Source: Trichoplax adhaerens
Lineage: Eukaryota > Animalia > Placozoa
NCBI RefSeq assembly: GCF_000150275.1
Contig: NW_002060943.1
Span: forward strand, 7,944,066 to 8,008,065
Direction: 5' to 3'
Length of the DNA: 64,000 nucleotides
The position numbers and the translations under genes were made by a program. Shown piece by piece: positions 1-17,500 of this stretch; the first letter of the stretch is position 1, and each line of letters starts with the position of its first letter. The notes under the pieces are model-generated. The model searched no databases. It had not been told where the DNA came from and saw only the letters and a list, made by a program, of their open reading frames with translations.

Positions 1-44
1 TTTTCAAATAGCTGCTAAACAATCTATAAGATATATTGACATAC

Positions 45-2924
<2,880 letters not shown>

Positions 2925-3836
2925 GGCAGCAGCAGCTCTTGTGATTAGTATGTCCGAACTGAGCAAGATGACTGGTAGCCTAACGACAGTATAGTACATC
3001 GATGCGGTATTGTAGGCTGTATACGCATGATAGTAGCGTATCTACTGTAGGTCACCAGTACGGAGCGAGTAGAGAAAGCTCCAGACTGAGGAGAGGACGT
3101 CGGCTCGAGGCTGGAGAGGTAGCACACATCTGTTGCCGTTGGATGCTCATCGCCATATTCCTTTAGCCTAGAAAGCTAAGGAAAATAGTCACAAAAAGAC
3201 TTAAAACATCGATCTATACGGTCAAGGACTTGTAAGATTGCATCGTTACAAGTCCTTAATACGGTATGATTGTCATCAAAGACTAGAAATGGCCCATATT
3301 CCTTGGTGTAATGCATTTGCGTTGATGGAGCGTTTACGACTTCTTGCTACACATCGGTTGCATGCAGTAGTGAATCCTGTAAATCCTCCATTTCGCTTTG
3401 CTTGCTGCATAGTACAAATAGCAAAGTGGATTTTGTAACAGGGTTTTATCCAATATTAACAGTAAAAAGTACCCAATAACATTTCATTCCTTCGTTGATC
3501 GTCTCTGTATCTCGCCTTTTTAGCTAGAATTGCATCAGAAGTTGTTGCTTACATACGTTGCTGTAGACTCTATGTTAGCACATTCTTTCCACTCGTTGCT
3601 TACTGTATACTCTTGAATCGATCACTACAGCTTTAACAGCAGCCTCAACGGAGCTACATGTTGCTATTTACGAGTACACCAAGTATCAATCTCTGATAGA
3701 CTACATTACTATGATAAGAAAATGCTTACATCCACTATGGAAATAGATCCTCAATCAATTGGTAATATGCTAGATTACTATTGCATCAACAGCAGCTTTC
3801 ATTGAGAAAATGAAGTATTATCATCATATAATCAAT

Positions 3837-4060
3837 ATTCTCTATATTGATATGCTATACACTAGATCAGTAATCAATGCATCAATATCTATTTTGATTG
3901 AAAAACAAAGATAACTATCATATAGTCTATATTCTCTATACTGATATGCTATACACTAGATCAGTAATTAATGCATCAATATCTATTTTGATTGAACAAC
4001 AAAGATAACTATCATATAGTCTATATTCTCTATATTAATACGTTATATTCTAGATCAATG
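3837..4060. repeat. 94-bp tandem repeat, two near-perfect copies plus a decayed third
   Basis: The unit ATTCTCTATA(T/C)TGATATGCTATACACTAGATCAGT...ACTATCATATAGTCTAT starts at 3837, 3931 and (degenerate) 4025. Confidence 0.9.
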
Positions 4061-6277
4061 GAGCGATATCTGTTGTGATTGAGAAAATTGTGGATATTTT
4101 TGATACTGTACTCTCTTTCTTTTTAAAGCAAGCCTCAATAAATTGCATATTGTAGATACTACTAAGTCAACGTCTATTCTAATTGAGAAATAAGCTTACA
4201 ACTAAGACACTCTGCTCTATTGGACTAATATGTCTAATTCTCTCTCAACATGCGAAAAGAAGTTGAATCCTACTACCAGTGAATACATATTGAGATGGAA
4301 GCTGTAAAGTATTCCATAGCAGCTACCCTTTTCTTCCGTAGACACGCATACTTACATCGGAAGTAGCTTAGTTTATATGATATATGATCATAATAAGGTG
4401 ATACAGTATTAAGACTACTAGATTGCATCTTATACAACCCCCCAACTTTCCTACTACGAAATAAAATTATCATTTCATTCTCACTCCCGATCTTCTCTTG
4501 TATTTGTACAAATACGTATAAAACTATTACAGTGTCTATTTAATACTTTCTGCCATAAGTATTCAAGCATAATCATTATCCTTCATGGGAAAATGATGAT
4601 AAACAAAGTTGCCATATTAATTTGCCAGTCTCAGCCGCAACTAATACTACGATAAACACAGTATCACTATAATCAAATCTATCAAGCAGAAATAAAATTT
4701 TCCAGCATTCACATCGTGTAACGTTTAGAATCGGTTCTAATATTAAAACTCAAAGCTTCATTTTTATAGCATTTACTGCAATAAAGACATATGTAAACAA
4801 AACAAAATTAAAATAAATAAATATGCACAGCCTAGAGTTAAAAATCTATGAACAGTCGATAGAAATACGGACGCTGGACTGCTACACAGAACCCTGTTTA
4901 CGTTGCCGTTATTCAATTAGTAAACTGGGATGCATAGTTAGTAAGTATTGCATGACTTTAGATAGTCTTTCATCTTTCTCATTATTATTTAGCCCAGACT
5001 ACTATGAATATTAAATTGTACCTGTGATCAATATAATAATCTACCTACACTGTTAGTATGCCAAAATAGTAGGTATTAATGCAAATAATTCAAGTGTGGT
5101 AAGCACCTTAAATTCCCTTTCTAAAATAGAAGTGGGGGCCCAACGCATTCCTCCTAACGATTCAACTCTATGTTACCATATTATCTGGATTATTTGCATA
5201 TAATCATAACTCAGTCCTCTTTTCTATAACTGCACATATAATAACTTCTTACAAGAATGCTCGAATAATAATTCTATACTGTCATTATTCCTGATTAAGC
5301 AATAGTAAATTAAACAGAAAATAATAAACCGTTCGGTATATTTTGTCATGTATGAACACCTCTTTATTGAGCTACTTAAGAATTAAAGTAATATCCAACT
5401 TATTGCATCCAACTCCATGCTGCAAAAAGAATATCCATCTTATATATGCTTTCTCTTAATACATATTATGTTAAGCTACTGTGCTGAATCTTAATATGAC
5501 GGTAGTACTATGTATTAAATATGTATGGATGCATGTCCAATTAGTTATACCATGGCTATACGATTATCCCTTAATTACATACATTTACTGTATATTTTAA
5601 TAACTGTATTCCCTGAATACGAGTATATGTAGATTTTAATAACGTTATTCTCTACATATTTGATGATTAATAATGTATTCCCCGAATACCATCAAATTAT
5701 CAATGAATTGGGATTATAACCGATATCAGCGTTTCGTTTCCCGAAGTAATTATTCATTTACTTACATATGTTAAACGCACAAAAAAATACAAAATTATTT
5801 AATCCTCAATAGTTTAATACTTTACATTTTATTTTTCTTTATTGCGATCAAATAAGCATATCGATCCAAAGGGTAGCTTAAGAATATAAACTAGTTTTTT
5901 TTTCAAAACCAGGTAATAAAATAGAAAGCTATACATCGCATTACTTATATGGTGAATACTGTAGGTTCATTCCGCTATATACATTATATGTGTTTCGATC
6001 ACATACGTGAATATCATAGATGCCTTAGCTAATTTAGCCATAATAATATATAAGCATTCAATAGTACATGGTAAATTAATTTAGAATTCAAGATATTTCA
6101 CAAGAAGGAGACTGTATGTGCATATCATTGCGCTTTAATAATGTGCAAAGTTGATCCAGAGATATTCATAACTATTATTTCGTTGAAAAAGAGAAGGTAA
6201 AAAATGCCCAATTATAAAAGATGGACTGTGTTTTGTTATATCTGAGTAATAATTTCTATTTAATAACGAATTTCATA

Positions 6278-9200
6278 TCAGAATGGTGAATGAAGTGTTC
6301 GTGAATCATTATTCGAGTTAGCACTTGAAGGAGAAGATTTTAACAACTGTTGCTGAGAAGCCTTAATAGACATTTCTGGACTTGCCGCTGGCGAGATATT
6401 GGTCACCTCGGTACCTAAGACACTATCTAATCCTTCATGTAAAGCTTCACAGGTTGACGCTACAGATTTTAAGGTAGCTTCTCGAAATTCTTCATATTTA
6501 GTTTGTACCTACAGGGAACCAGTAATATTCCATTAGAAATTAAATCGGAGTAGTCTTATATTATAAATTTACATTTCTAATGAGATTAAAATCAATTTTT
6601 TGGCCATTTTATTATATTGTTAAAAGCATTCAGAGAAGTACATTTAACTTATTTACCCTTGAAAGTAATCGAACAGCATCGTCTTTGTCTTGATCGCTTT
6701 TTCTCAATAAATTATCTGTAATGAAATTTATGAAATTCCCAATTAAAAAATTCTCTCAGCATACATTTATATTCCGTTGTTGGCAAAAATCTTGTATGAA
6801 AAGGCTAAAGGCCCTTTCTTGAAGAGTCGATATAATGAGAATAGTGGTATAACATTGCTTTATAATATTGATCAGCATCCAGGAATTGTGTATCTAGATA
6901 TTAATACAAATATCTACTAAAAACTACCTTACTAAAGGAGTTACCGTACTTGCACATGTCAAAATTTAATTCTATCAGAATTAAATCACAATGTGTTTCA
7001 ATATTGTACATAGCAGCTTCTACCGTCTATACTAATAAATACTAAGAAAAATATTTATCCTCAAATTCCCCATAATTGTTCTTTGCTCGTTGTAGCGAAT
7101 AACTTTCATTACCAGATATGTAATTTACGTTTACAAATTAAGGTACAACTAATTGTGATCGTCTCGTATATACAATATATGTATAATTAATTATGATATC
7201 TAATAATATATTACATTGCAATATAGTGCTACAACAGCTTGGCCATGCAAAATTTTACGATCAACTACCCCAAATTGACTATTGTACACTGATCACCATC
7301 ATTATGCTTTTAAATATACGTGTTAACAAGCTACAGCATATATTACCTAAATTGCCTTCCATCGTGTTTAAATCACCTTGAATTACGGTTAAAGCAGATT
7401 GCAACTTATCATTGGTTGTTTTCGATCTTGATGTATTATATCCTAATCTTAGCTAAAGTTAAAAGAAGAAATAATCAGGTTAATTATGATGTAAGGTAGG
7501 ATCAAACATTACTATCACAGCTTTATCGAAATCTTTAATATAAGAATATCTAATGTTAATCATCAATACTACAGATTTTAACCGGCATGAAATAGGATCA
7601 TATTAAAGTAAATTCGATATAAAACAGAATTAATATCTTACTTTAGGTTTATAGTAATTTACTGGTTCTTCTTCTTGATAAGTTAAGGGATGATGCAATG
7701 CATATTTTAGAGCTCGAACACTGCTTTGCATATCTGAGATTATGGCAAATAAAGCATAAAAATGATTAGTAAATAATTTAATTTCTTATCAAAGTTAAGC
7801 ATATCATATCAATCAGCAAGTTACCATTCTTCATTATATACGATGTAGTATATGATTTTAGTATAGATATAGCTAGTAATACTGTACCTTTTGGGAAATT
7901 ATTTTCTGGTTTATCATCATCAAGACCAGAAGCCAATTCCTCAAATCCCTTAAAAATAGAGGAATAACCAAGATCTCAATTAATATAAATTATCTTGAAT
8001 AGATTATATTATTGGGGTTATTTTTTTGCTCAAGGTTTTCTTTACTTTATATTTCTTTGGCAATTTCTTAGCTACTTCTCTTTGCTTTTCATGTGGAATA
8101 ATTTCCTCTTTAATATATTGGTCTTCAGCAGTCGATTTTTCTAGTGATGAAGTTAATGGACGATCGAAATCGTTTTGTTGCTATATCAAAAAATTACATG
8201 ATATATCAATATCTTCACCTAAATAAAAACTATTAATAATTGCATAATGATCCTTTCCAATAGGATAGCACCACTAAATATGAATGTATTTTAATCATGA
8301 TGATACGTTAAATAGGAGTAATATTAATAATTTGTCACCACTGCCCTTAAACTGAAACACTTAAATAATCGTTTAAATTTTCAATGCCCTTACATTATAA
8401 ACTAAATTATGATTATAGGATAGAGTAGCTAAAAATATACTGCCATGTTATGATCTACGGATAAAAAATATTCTTATTTATCTTCCATTACTAATCTTAG
8501 ATTTTATAAAAATTATAATTACATTGAATCAAATTGAAATAATTACTGCAACTAGCATGATACAATATCTGTTATATAGCTATCGACGATTGAAATAAAT
8601 AAATATTGAATAAATAAGGACTTGCTAATAGAGACTAAGAATCGTCGCTATCTAAAAATTTTAGACAAGAGCCAAATATCGTATCTGCTAATATGTCATA
8701 ATACCTGAGTTAAAAAGAAATTATTTTCATCATCATTGTCTTCTACTTCATTCATTTTCTCTTGTAAGATTTCATTAGGAATATCATCGATGATTTCAGT
8801 GTTACTACTAGGATGATCCGATGAAATAGTATCTTGTGTTGTAGGAAGAGGTTGTGAGAAATTGTAATATGGAGCTTCGATGCTAAGAGGATAGCGACGT
8901 TTAGGGATAGGAGGTAAGACATCCTGAACCTGTAATAATTCATTAATTGATAATCTAAATATCTTGAATCTACTACATCATAATAACGTTTTTACATCAT
9001 ATCCATGTACACCCCATAGCTATTCTTTTCTCTTATTGTCATACCTTGCGACGTTGATTGACGATAGGACGAGGTCGATATTTTTTCGATTTCCATTCGT
9101 CGTCAACATTGGTCCGAACTACATGAATCCCCCTTGCTTTGACTAACTCTTTTGTTAATAAAGGTGGATTGCCTTTTATTTTAGTCAATAGCGGATTACC

Positions 9201-12200
9201 ATAAATAACAAGTTCTTTAACTTGTGGATACTCAGCCAGTGACAATAAAGCTTCCTCTGTGGCAATCTACATCAAAATAATATTGCTGGTAAAAAGAAGT
9301 TCCAACAAATGCCTAAAAAATCGTACCTTAATATTCCATCTATGTATGATACATATATTACTACTCATAATGTCATTGTAGGTCCTTGTAATAAAAAATT
9401 AAAGACTATCCTGCATTATTTATTCAACTTACTGAATTATTAGCTACGCTTAATGCTTGCAAGTAGTAAAATGGGAAAGCGGTTTCATCATCAGATAGAG
9501 AGCCTAATGGCAATATTATAATTAAACGAAGGGAAGTCAGAAACTCTTCTCAAACAATATATTATAGAAGGGTTTTTAAAATATCGACGATAACTTGTTA
9601 GAAAAAGAGTTTACTTACTTGATATAATACTACTGCCTAAAATGCTCTCAACAGTGGGATGTCTTGGTAATTCTGTATGCTCAAAGGTTACATTACTGTC
9701 TGCGCGACTTTGAACGCTTTTACTAGAAAGTTTATGAAAATTTTTTAAATTGAAATAGGTTAAAATCATCATATAATATCAATTTTTATGATTTTTATAT
9801 AGCTGCATCATAACCCTTTAAAACTTCAATAAGTCACGCTCTTTTTAAGAAATACTTTCTCTAATATCTAATAGTTCTATTTCTATTTCGTTAGATTATG
9901 CGACTATTCCGGAACAAAAGCTCTCATTAATTAAGAGATACTATCTTTCATGTCTAATAATTATATTTTATGTCGTCGAGTTATACGAGTATCTCAGAAT
10001 AAAGCTCCTATTGAGAGACACTTTCTTTAATATCTAATGTCTTGTACTTCTATATCATTAAGTTATGTAATTATCTCCAAATACTTTCACTTAAAAACCA
10101 TTAGGAAATTTAAAAACATCAAAAGCTAGGTTAATAATGCCAATCGGTTGTAGTAATTTCTATTAATCTTCCTACTATTGCTGTTCCTATTCATTTATTC
10201 CACTGTATGTAATATACAACTAAAGCTGTTCTCTACAAATTCTTGTGATCGAAATAATTTCTTACGATAATTAACAAATAACTATATCGACTATCTTAGT
10301 ATATCGACTTACATCTCGTCATCATCGATTTTTCTTCCTTCTGAAATAATATTCGATCTAGTATATAATTAAATTATAAAATAAGTTAATGCTAGATAGA
10401 TATTACCATAACTGAACAATTCGAAAAAGGAATAATGTCTCTTAAAATTATACGAGAAGGAATCATACCTTTCACTACCAGCAGATATTGGAGCTACACT
10501 TCTACGTTTGCTTGGATTGGTAGTGCCCGATGATATTCTCATTTTTAACAGTAAGGATATCGATGGAACGCAAGTAATTTCATTGTTATCCAAATTTAGG
10601 TATCTTAGACTGAATTTACAATAATTTAAATATAATCAGAGGTATAATATAACGCGATGGTCATAAGATCATAACACTACTTTATTCAAACACTTAGGTA
10701 CTAATATCTTATATCAATTTCTACTTGGAAAGTTCTAACTTTCATTTGCAATATAGAATTATTCAATTTTGTACTTTTTTCAGTTCAAATAATATGAAGG
10801 CCTCAAAAATGACAATAATTCGTTAAAAATATATCCAATATCTTCTTGAAATGATATTGATATTGATATGAGTACATAGCCTTCTATATCTCATTCCTTA
10901 TTCGAAAATCTAGTTTATGTAATAAAATTATACATCTCTCGGCAAATTGAATAAATACTACTGTATACAGGATAGAACCTTGTTTTCCATAACATCGTTA
11001 ATATTTTTTCTTTACATAGTATCGATAGATCTTACTTTTTAAGTCCTGCTATCGGAAGGAAGCACGTCTCCGTTAATTGATTGCTATCCAAATATAAATA
11101 TTCTAACGACGGATATAGTGGTTTATGCTTTTCTTTCTCTTTCACATTGTCGGAGTGACTATAATGAAGAAAGAACATAAATAAAAGTTATCACTATCTT
11201 TCATAGTTTCAATTTACGTACTATATTATTTTATATATTCGTACAGCAGTATTAAGATAACTATCGCATCTACGGTTATTATTATGATTATTTTACCTTG
11301 GCGTTGATGTGGCAGAAAGCTCTAATGGTAAACTACCTAAATCATTCCCTAATAGAGATTAAAATTTATATTCTAATTAGTAAATCAGACCATAAGATCA
11401 AGCAATTTTAAGATTTGCCAGAGGCTAAATAAAATCATCATGTAGACTCTTTAAAGTACCTGTTAATTTTAATAATCTCAATTGCGGTAACGTTCCTAAA
11501 TTCAGTATATCATTTTTATTTAAGCAGTTATAGGATAAATCCAATGCCTAATGAACGATATTCAAATTATCATGATCATGTGAGACAATAGCACGATCGA
11601 TTATTTTTGATCAAATCACAATCTAAAACTGAATACGTTATTCAACTGACATGTAATTTGGTAAATTCGCCAGTATTAATCGATATGTCCGACAAATCAT
11701 TCAATTGCATCTCCAATTCTCTTAATTCTGGAAATGTTTTCAATTTTTCTAAAATGAATATGTAAAATATAGATTAGGAAGAATAAAGATATTCTGCTGT
11801 ACACGATTTTGCCAGAGATAACATTCGACATAACTTATATATATAAGACTATCGTATTTATATCTAAATACCTATAGGTAATTCATTCTCTCCAGCATTA
11901 ATGTGAACGACGTTATCAAACAGAGCTAAATCTTCCGAATTTACCTATATGTCATAATTTTGTACGTCTGATTTAGTAGATAATAAATTATTGATATTAT
12001 CTTCAAGTTAAAAATTACAATTCTTGAGTCTAAGATTATCACAAATAAGATTGAAATAACTTAATATAGTTTTAATTTAAAACATACCCCAGGGTATACT
12101 TACATCTGTTAATTGACAACCGCTGATGTTAATAGAACACAAATCAGATGGATCTTCAACTCCACAATGTTTTAGCTAAATGATGATCAAAAACAGAAAC

Positions 12201-13791
12201 GATTTAACAAAATGTAGACAACTAATTTATGCGATTTAAAGGGGGTGATTTACCAGGAAGAAACCATCCAGAACCTTGAGTGGACTATTCTTCACAGCTG
12301 GTGTATTCTTTGGATTTTTGATAATTTCTCCGCGATTATTGGATAACGTTCTTCCTTCCTCTTTCTTTTCGCCTTTCTCCGCACATAGAATAGCTTTAAA
12401 ATGGTTTTGCTGAGCTATATTATAAGCAATTAACCAAGCACCCCCTATGCAATCGATATCAATAATTATAATCAGAGAGGTGATATTGATTAAATTGCAG
12501 CCAATAACATGATAGATTGCAGTCAAGTTTACAAACACAAACACTAATAACCCACTTTCTTATCTTTAAGGTTTAGCCGTAATTAGGTAATGCTAGTAAA
12601 CATCTTACACATGATAATATAACTAACAGAAATTAATAATGAGTGTAGAATTCTCAGATTATTAAAGAGTAAAAGTTTTGTTAAAATGGATACTAGTTGA
12701 AGGTAGTAGAAAATAATGATTCTTTAATATTTTATCATATCAGAATTCATATACTTATTATCCGCAGAAATATTGAAAGAGTAGTCATATACTTCTCAAC
12801 AAAGAGCTACTTTTTATGGTTTATATTGGTATGATAATTATTTCAGTCTTAATTAAGCATATTTAGATCACTAGTAGCATATTAAGTAATCTGATGATAG
12901 TATGTGGAATAGATTTGTGCACTAAAACTCTTAATCAAATAGATACTTATTAAGAGTGGAAATAACTACAGTATCCGGTTGGGTTAGCGCAGAAAGCTAA
13001 GCCACAATCAGTGACTCGTATTATTACACAGAAATATCATTGCACTTACTATGATGCTTGTAAATCGAAATATTTTATCAAACAGTCACTAGTTCAAACG
13101 CAAACGCAATCAGTTTCAAGAATGATTGCCGTGCATATCAAGGCCATTTATATTATTGATATTGCAAGACTAGACCAATAATGTCGACATTAAAATGCTA
13201 GGAAGTCATGTGAAATAATGTTTGGTTATTTAAGTTTCTAATAAGTAGGCTTCAACTGAAAGTTTGAAGTGCTAGATTTAGGGTTGGCTTCTTTATCCAG
13301 AACATTGCTGTTAGCATTAAAATATTGAGACGTTATATGTAGACGGAAATATACGTAGCTGATTTTAGGATTAATTAAACATCTTGATCAAATAATATTG
13401 ACACGATAGTAGGAAATAAAGATATAGAAGAGCGTTTACTAGCTGAAATTATATGTAAATTCCTACTTTATAAGTATAAATATGGTAGACATATCGTAGT
13501 CATTAAGTTAATCATTTATTACTAGTTGGACGATGTCTATGAGTAATGTCTAACATGAAAAAAATTCTGTATGTAAAGAGATTTTATTTGATACCCATGA
13601 ATAGACTACCCAATGCCTACCATACCGAATCTATCCGTGTATAACAAAATTTTAACGTTTTAAAATATTAAGTAATCTCTATTTAATCATTTTAACTTAC
13701 CACTGCCGGTCTTGCTACCAAGCTTTCTATAATGCCGAATTGGGAAAGCATTAGTTATGTTGGAGATAGGAATATCGTTAATATTAGCCAT
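6278..13791 (-). CDS. XRRA1: X-ray radiation resistance-associated protein 1 (LRR protein), multi-exon
   Basis: Exon 1 (13701-13791) reads MANINDIPISNITNAFPIRHY. Later exons read GGAWLIAYN...VLDGFFL|LKHCGVEDPSDLCSINISG|EDLALFDNVVHINAGENELP|KTFPELRELEMQLN|LDLSYNCL...LGTLPQLRLLKLT|GNDLGSLP, resembling human XRRA1 (NCFPAR, LDQAFLLKHHCVRKPSDLCTINVSG, LGILPHLRVLLLTGNGLTSLP). The last exon ends ...RTLHSPF* at 6278. Confidence 0.85.
9850..10075. repeat. Degenerate ~83-bp tandem repeat (3 copies) in an XRRA1 intron
   Basis: A GARAYACTWTCTYTMATRTCTAAT-like unit recurs near 9850, 9935 and 10015. Confidence 0.6.
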
Positions 13792-14143
13792 AGATGATCG
13801 ATTTACTACAAACTAAATAATTCTATCTAAACTTTTCAATTTTCCAATTTAGTCAAAATAGACTTTGACAGTATTAATAAGATGAAGTATATATGGTACA
13901 GATCACTTTGAAACGGAATTACTGAAATTATATGGTAAGATTATATTGATCGTATATGAAATGAATTTCATCTGTCATCAAACATATATTATAGATGGAG
14001 ATGTTGACTAATACATAACTCAATTTTACAACTTATTGTGCTCTAATCAAACTGAAGCAGGATCAATAGAATGCTAAGTGTCCTTAGTTATATATATTAA
14101 ACAGGATTGAATAAAATTGAACCTAATGAAGAGAATGATGACT

Positions 14144-14157
14144 GTTACTATGGCAAC
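14144..14157. promoter_or_regulatory. RFX X-box in the XRRA1 / LRR-gene divergent promoter
   Basis: GTTACTATGGCAAC matches the canonical X-box GTYNCYATRGYAAC and lies between the ATGs at 13791 (-) and 14547 (+). Confidence 0.75.
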
Positions 14158-14546
14158 AATAACATTAATCTACAATAGATATGCTTATCTGTCGGCCTAT
14201 GGCCTGCTATAGACTAGTATGGATAAAAGACAAGAATGCTTCGCTAGAGTCTATTACTATCAGAATACGATCTATTAAATGGTATTTATACCTGAAAAGG
14301 GGTATACAACCAGTATTTATATATCAATCAGCGATAATATTATAGTTTGTAAACTAATACTCTTTGCTTACTGATGAGCTAATTCTTAATTTTAAGCTAC
14401 TGTTGATTTATAATTTAGAAATATCTCTGCCTATTGAGTAAATAAGATTAGTGATGAATCATTAAAAGGCGCTCACAAAATTAATTGCCATGCAAATATA
14501 ATACATCAGGTCTTGCAGCAGATAATTGATCGATTAAAAAGAAACT

Positions 14547-17500
14547 ATGATAAGTAGGAGGAAAGTCAAAAAGAAAAGGATCAGGAAAAATGCTTTAAAT
14601 GGCAACAAGCCGGAACCATCTGTAAACTTAGGTAATTTGCTGACTACATATCAAAAGATATGCAAGGAATCATGTTGTCCTCCATCGCCAAAAGTCGTCA
14701 CTGACCTTCAAAAGTATATTAACCTTAATAAATATTTAGTTAGGGTAAGTATGAATTGAGTAACAATTTATGAACCTGTTATTTTATAGAAAGGATATCT
14801 CGATCATTGTCATTAACTGTAGAGCTTATTTAGACTGTAGAATCAGAGCAGTAATAAAATTTTTGATATCTTTACTTTAATGAAGTGATTTACATGATTA
14901 AGAATAGGGCAAAAGAAAATAGCTAACTTTCAAACAGAGTAATGCATTGGCTAACGATCTATAAATGGTCGAATAGACCTGCTAGCTTAAATAAAAGGCG
15001 TCAATACTACTTTATATTAAGTTGAAAGGCTTATTTGGAGACTAGAATAAGAGTTAATAGCATTACTTGCTACTTTTATTCGACTAAAGTGATTTAAGGA
15101 CTGTGATGATGGTACGCATAGTCAAGTATACATTATACGAGTATACTGTAGTTCTTAGAAAGAGCAGTAGTAGTGACAAACAATTTGACTTGTTAACTTG
15201 AAAAGAAGACATCTTGAAGACCTTTTAAATTACATAACATATCTAGAAAGCAACATTTCTACCTGTACAGTAATTTATTTTTAACTTTGTTCGATCGGAG
15301 AAGCATACATGCTTTTGTGATAGAAGTTATTANNNNNNNNNNNNNNNNNNNNNNNNNNNNNNNNNNNNNNNNNNNNNNNNNNTATCATAATCAACCTATA
15401 CTAAATTTTTAACTTATCTAAAGAGAGTCTGTAGATATGTTTTTGTAACTTTATTCGAATAGAGATATGCATGGTTATTATTAAGATAGAAATCATCTAA
15501 TCAAAACTAACCTCATAATACAGTATAATACTAGTCTCCAGTATCACCGATGTACTACTTAACAATTGATAGATCTAAAATTGACTCAATTAAACATCTT
15601 ATTATCCTTTTTTATTTTAAATAGTGCAGCTCAGTTACAGCATAGAACCTGTATTAGCATTTATAATTTTATTTGATTAAAGCCGTTTGCATAATTATAT
15701 GCGAGTACGGAATCAATTACTATAGTAAATCTTTATAAGAGCAGTATTTTGATTAAAAATTTACAGACCAGTCATATTATATAAAAGATATCATGATTAT
15801 TCATATTAAATTGTCAAGATCATTCTGATAATAGAATTAGTATTGCGACATAATTTTTGAATTTTATTGTAATTGCAATTTCGTTATCAATCTTTTAATC
15901 TTCTATAAAATGCTTCTTTTTACAGTTTATTATATATCCTGACGCAAATGTTAAGAATTATATGCTAGAACCACTGATCAAATCAATTAGAAATGTCCAT
16001 TACACATTTATTAAAGAATTATATTTATGGAAAATACCTCTTCAACATAGTCATACCGCAACTTTGGTAAGTCTGCTGCAGTTCATATGATTATTTTCAA
16101 TGTTCTTGCAACGCCACATCTTACAGGCTCCATATCGTCTCTTGACAAAATTACTGATCTCCGTCATGATCAATTTACTGTGCCATCATACATGTAATAA
16201 TCCTTTACACATATCCTAACAACAATTTTTATTTAGAAAATCGATAAATGTGAAATGCAAAGGTAGTGCACTAAAATATCCAATATGTAGTTGATCCAAT
16301 AACTATCTATTCTATTAGCGTATTTAAAGTAAGGATTTCTGATTCGATGTTTAATTAGTTAACCTCTTAGCCCATAAAAGATTTGCCTCAAAGAAGTAGT
16401 TTTTCAGAATGAATATAATACAAATTTGCTTACGCTTAATATGCAATGTTTCATCAAAGAGAGCATCCTAGATTAAGTTTATTGTAGCCCTACATCTTGC
16501 TACTGAAGGGTCGTCTAATATTATTAACGTATTACAAAATATATTTAGCTTTAGCTATTTTCTGTTTACTCTAATCGATTCCCAAATTTCTCTGTAAAAG
16601 GCTATAAACCTTAATCTTCTAAAAAGTCCAAGTAGCCAAGTTTAATTTGCATCTCCTGCATATTACATAGATATAGTAATAGTAAAAGACTATTACTCGG
16701 TCATTACAAAAATATTAGCTTGTAAGAATAGCTACATTTCTAGAAATAATAAGCCAGATTAACGAACATAGAAGGAGTAGCACAGGCCATTTTGTAAGTT
16801 TGCAATCATAGTAGTTAAACGGACGACTACAGTTTTAAATTCATGTTGAATTCTTTATTTAACATCCATATTAAGTTATGACTTGTAAATTATTTGTGCA
16901 TTCACTTTTTAAATATTTATATTATGATATCTGTATGTAGGCATTAATGATGGAAAAAGGAGACTATAAAATAACAACCCTAGAACTAGAGGATTGCGAT
17001 ATTGGTGCTTATTCTATAGCTCGATTATCAAAGTGAGTAAATTAGAAGTAGGATTAATGAAACGATTTAGTTTAATCTAAAGCTGGTATCTAATTGGAGC
17101 TCATACCGCCTGTATATGAATAAGTAGAAAACATAAAACTAAAAATCACTTCTCTTAATCGATCACTTTGTTTAGATCATTTCAGAGTAACACTCTAGTC
17201 AATCTGGTACTAGACTTCAATGAGTAAGTTCATTATGACAACTGCTAAATCATCGTGATTAATGCTCTCCACCTTGTAGAATAATGTAACAGATCTAATA
17301 AACGATTCTAGTAGTTATAACTGTCAATGAAACGATTAGTTCAAATGATTCTATGTGCATTTGCTTACAATTACTTAAAACAATCGGATAATTAATTTAC
17401 TGTTAATACAATCTAGCTCATAAGTTATTACGGTAAAGTGTAATAAAAATATGGATAAGATATTTTTACATTGAGTAATTGAGGATTAACTAAATGACTA

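Noticed and set aside
3837-4060. Possible CRISPR-like array
   Set aside because: Contiguous tandem units with no unique spacers, in a eukaryotic context with no cas genes.
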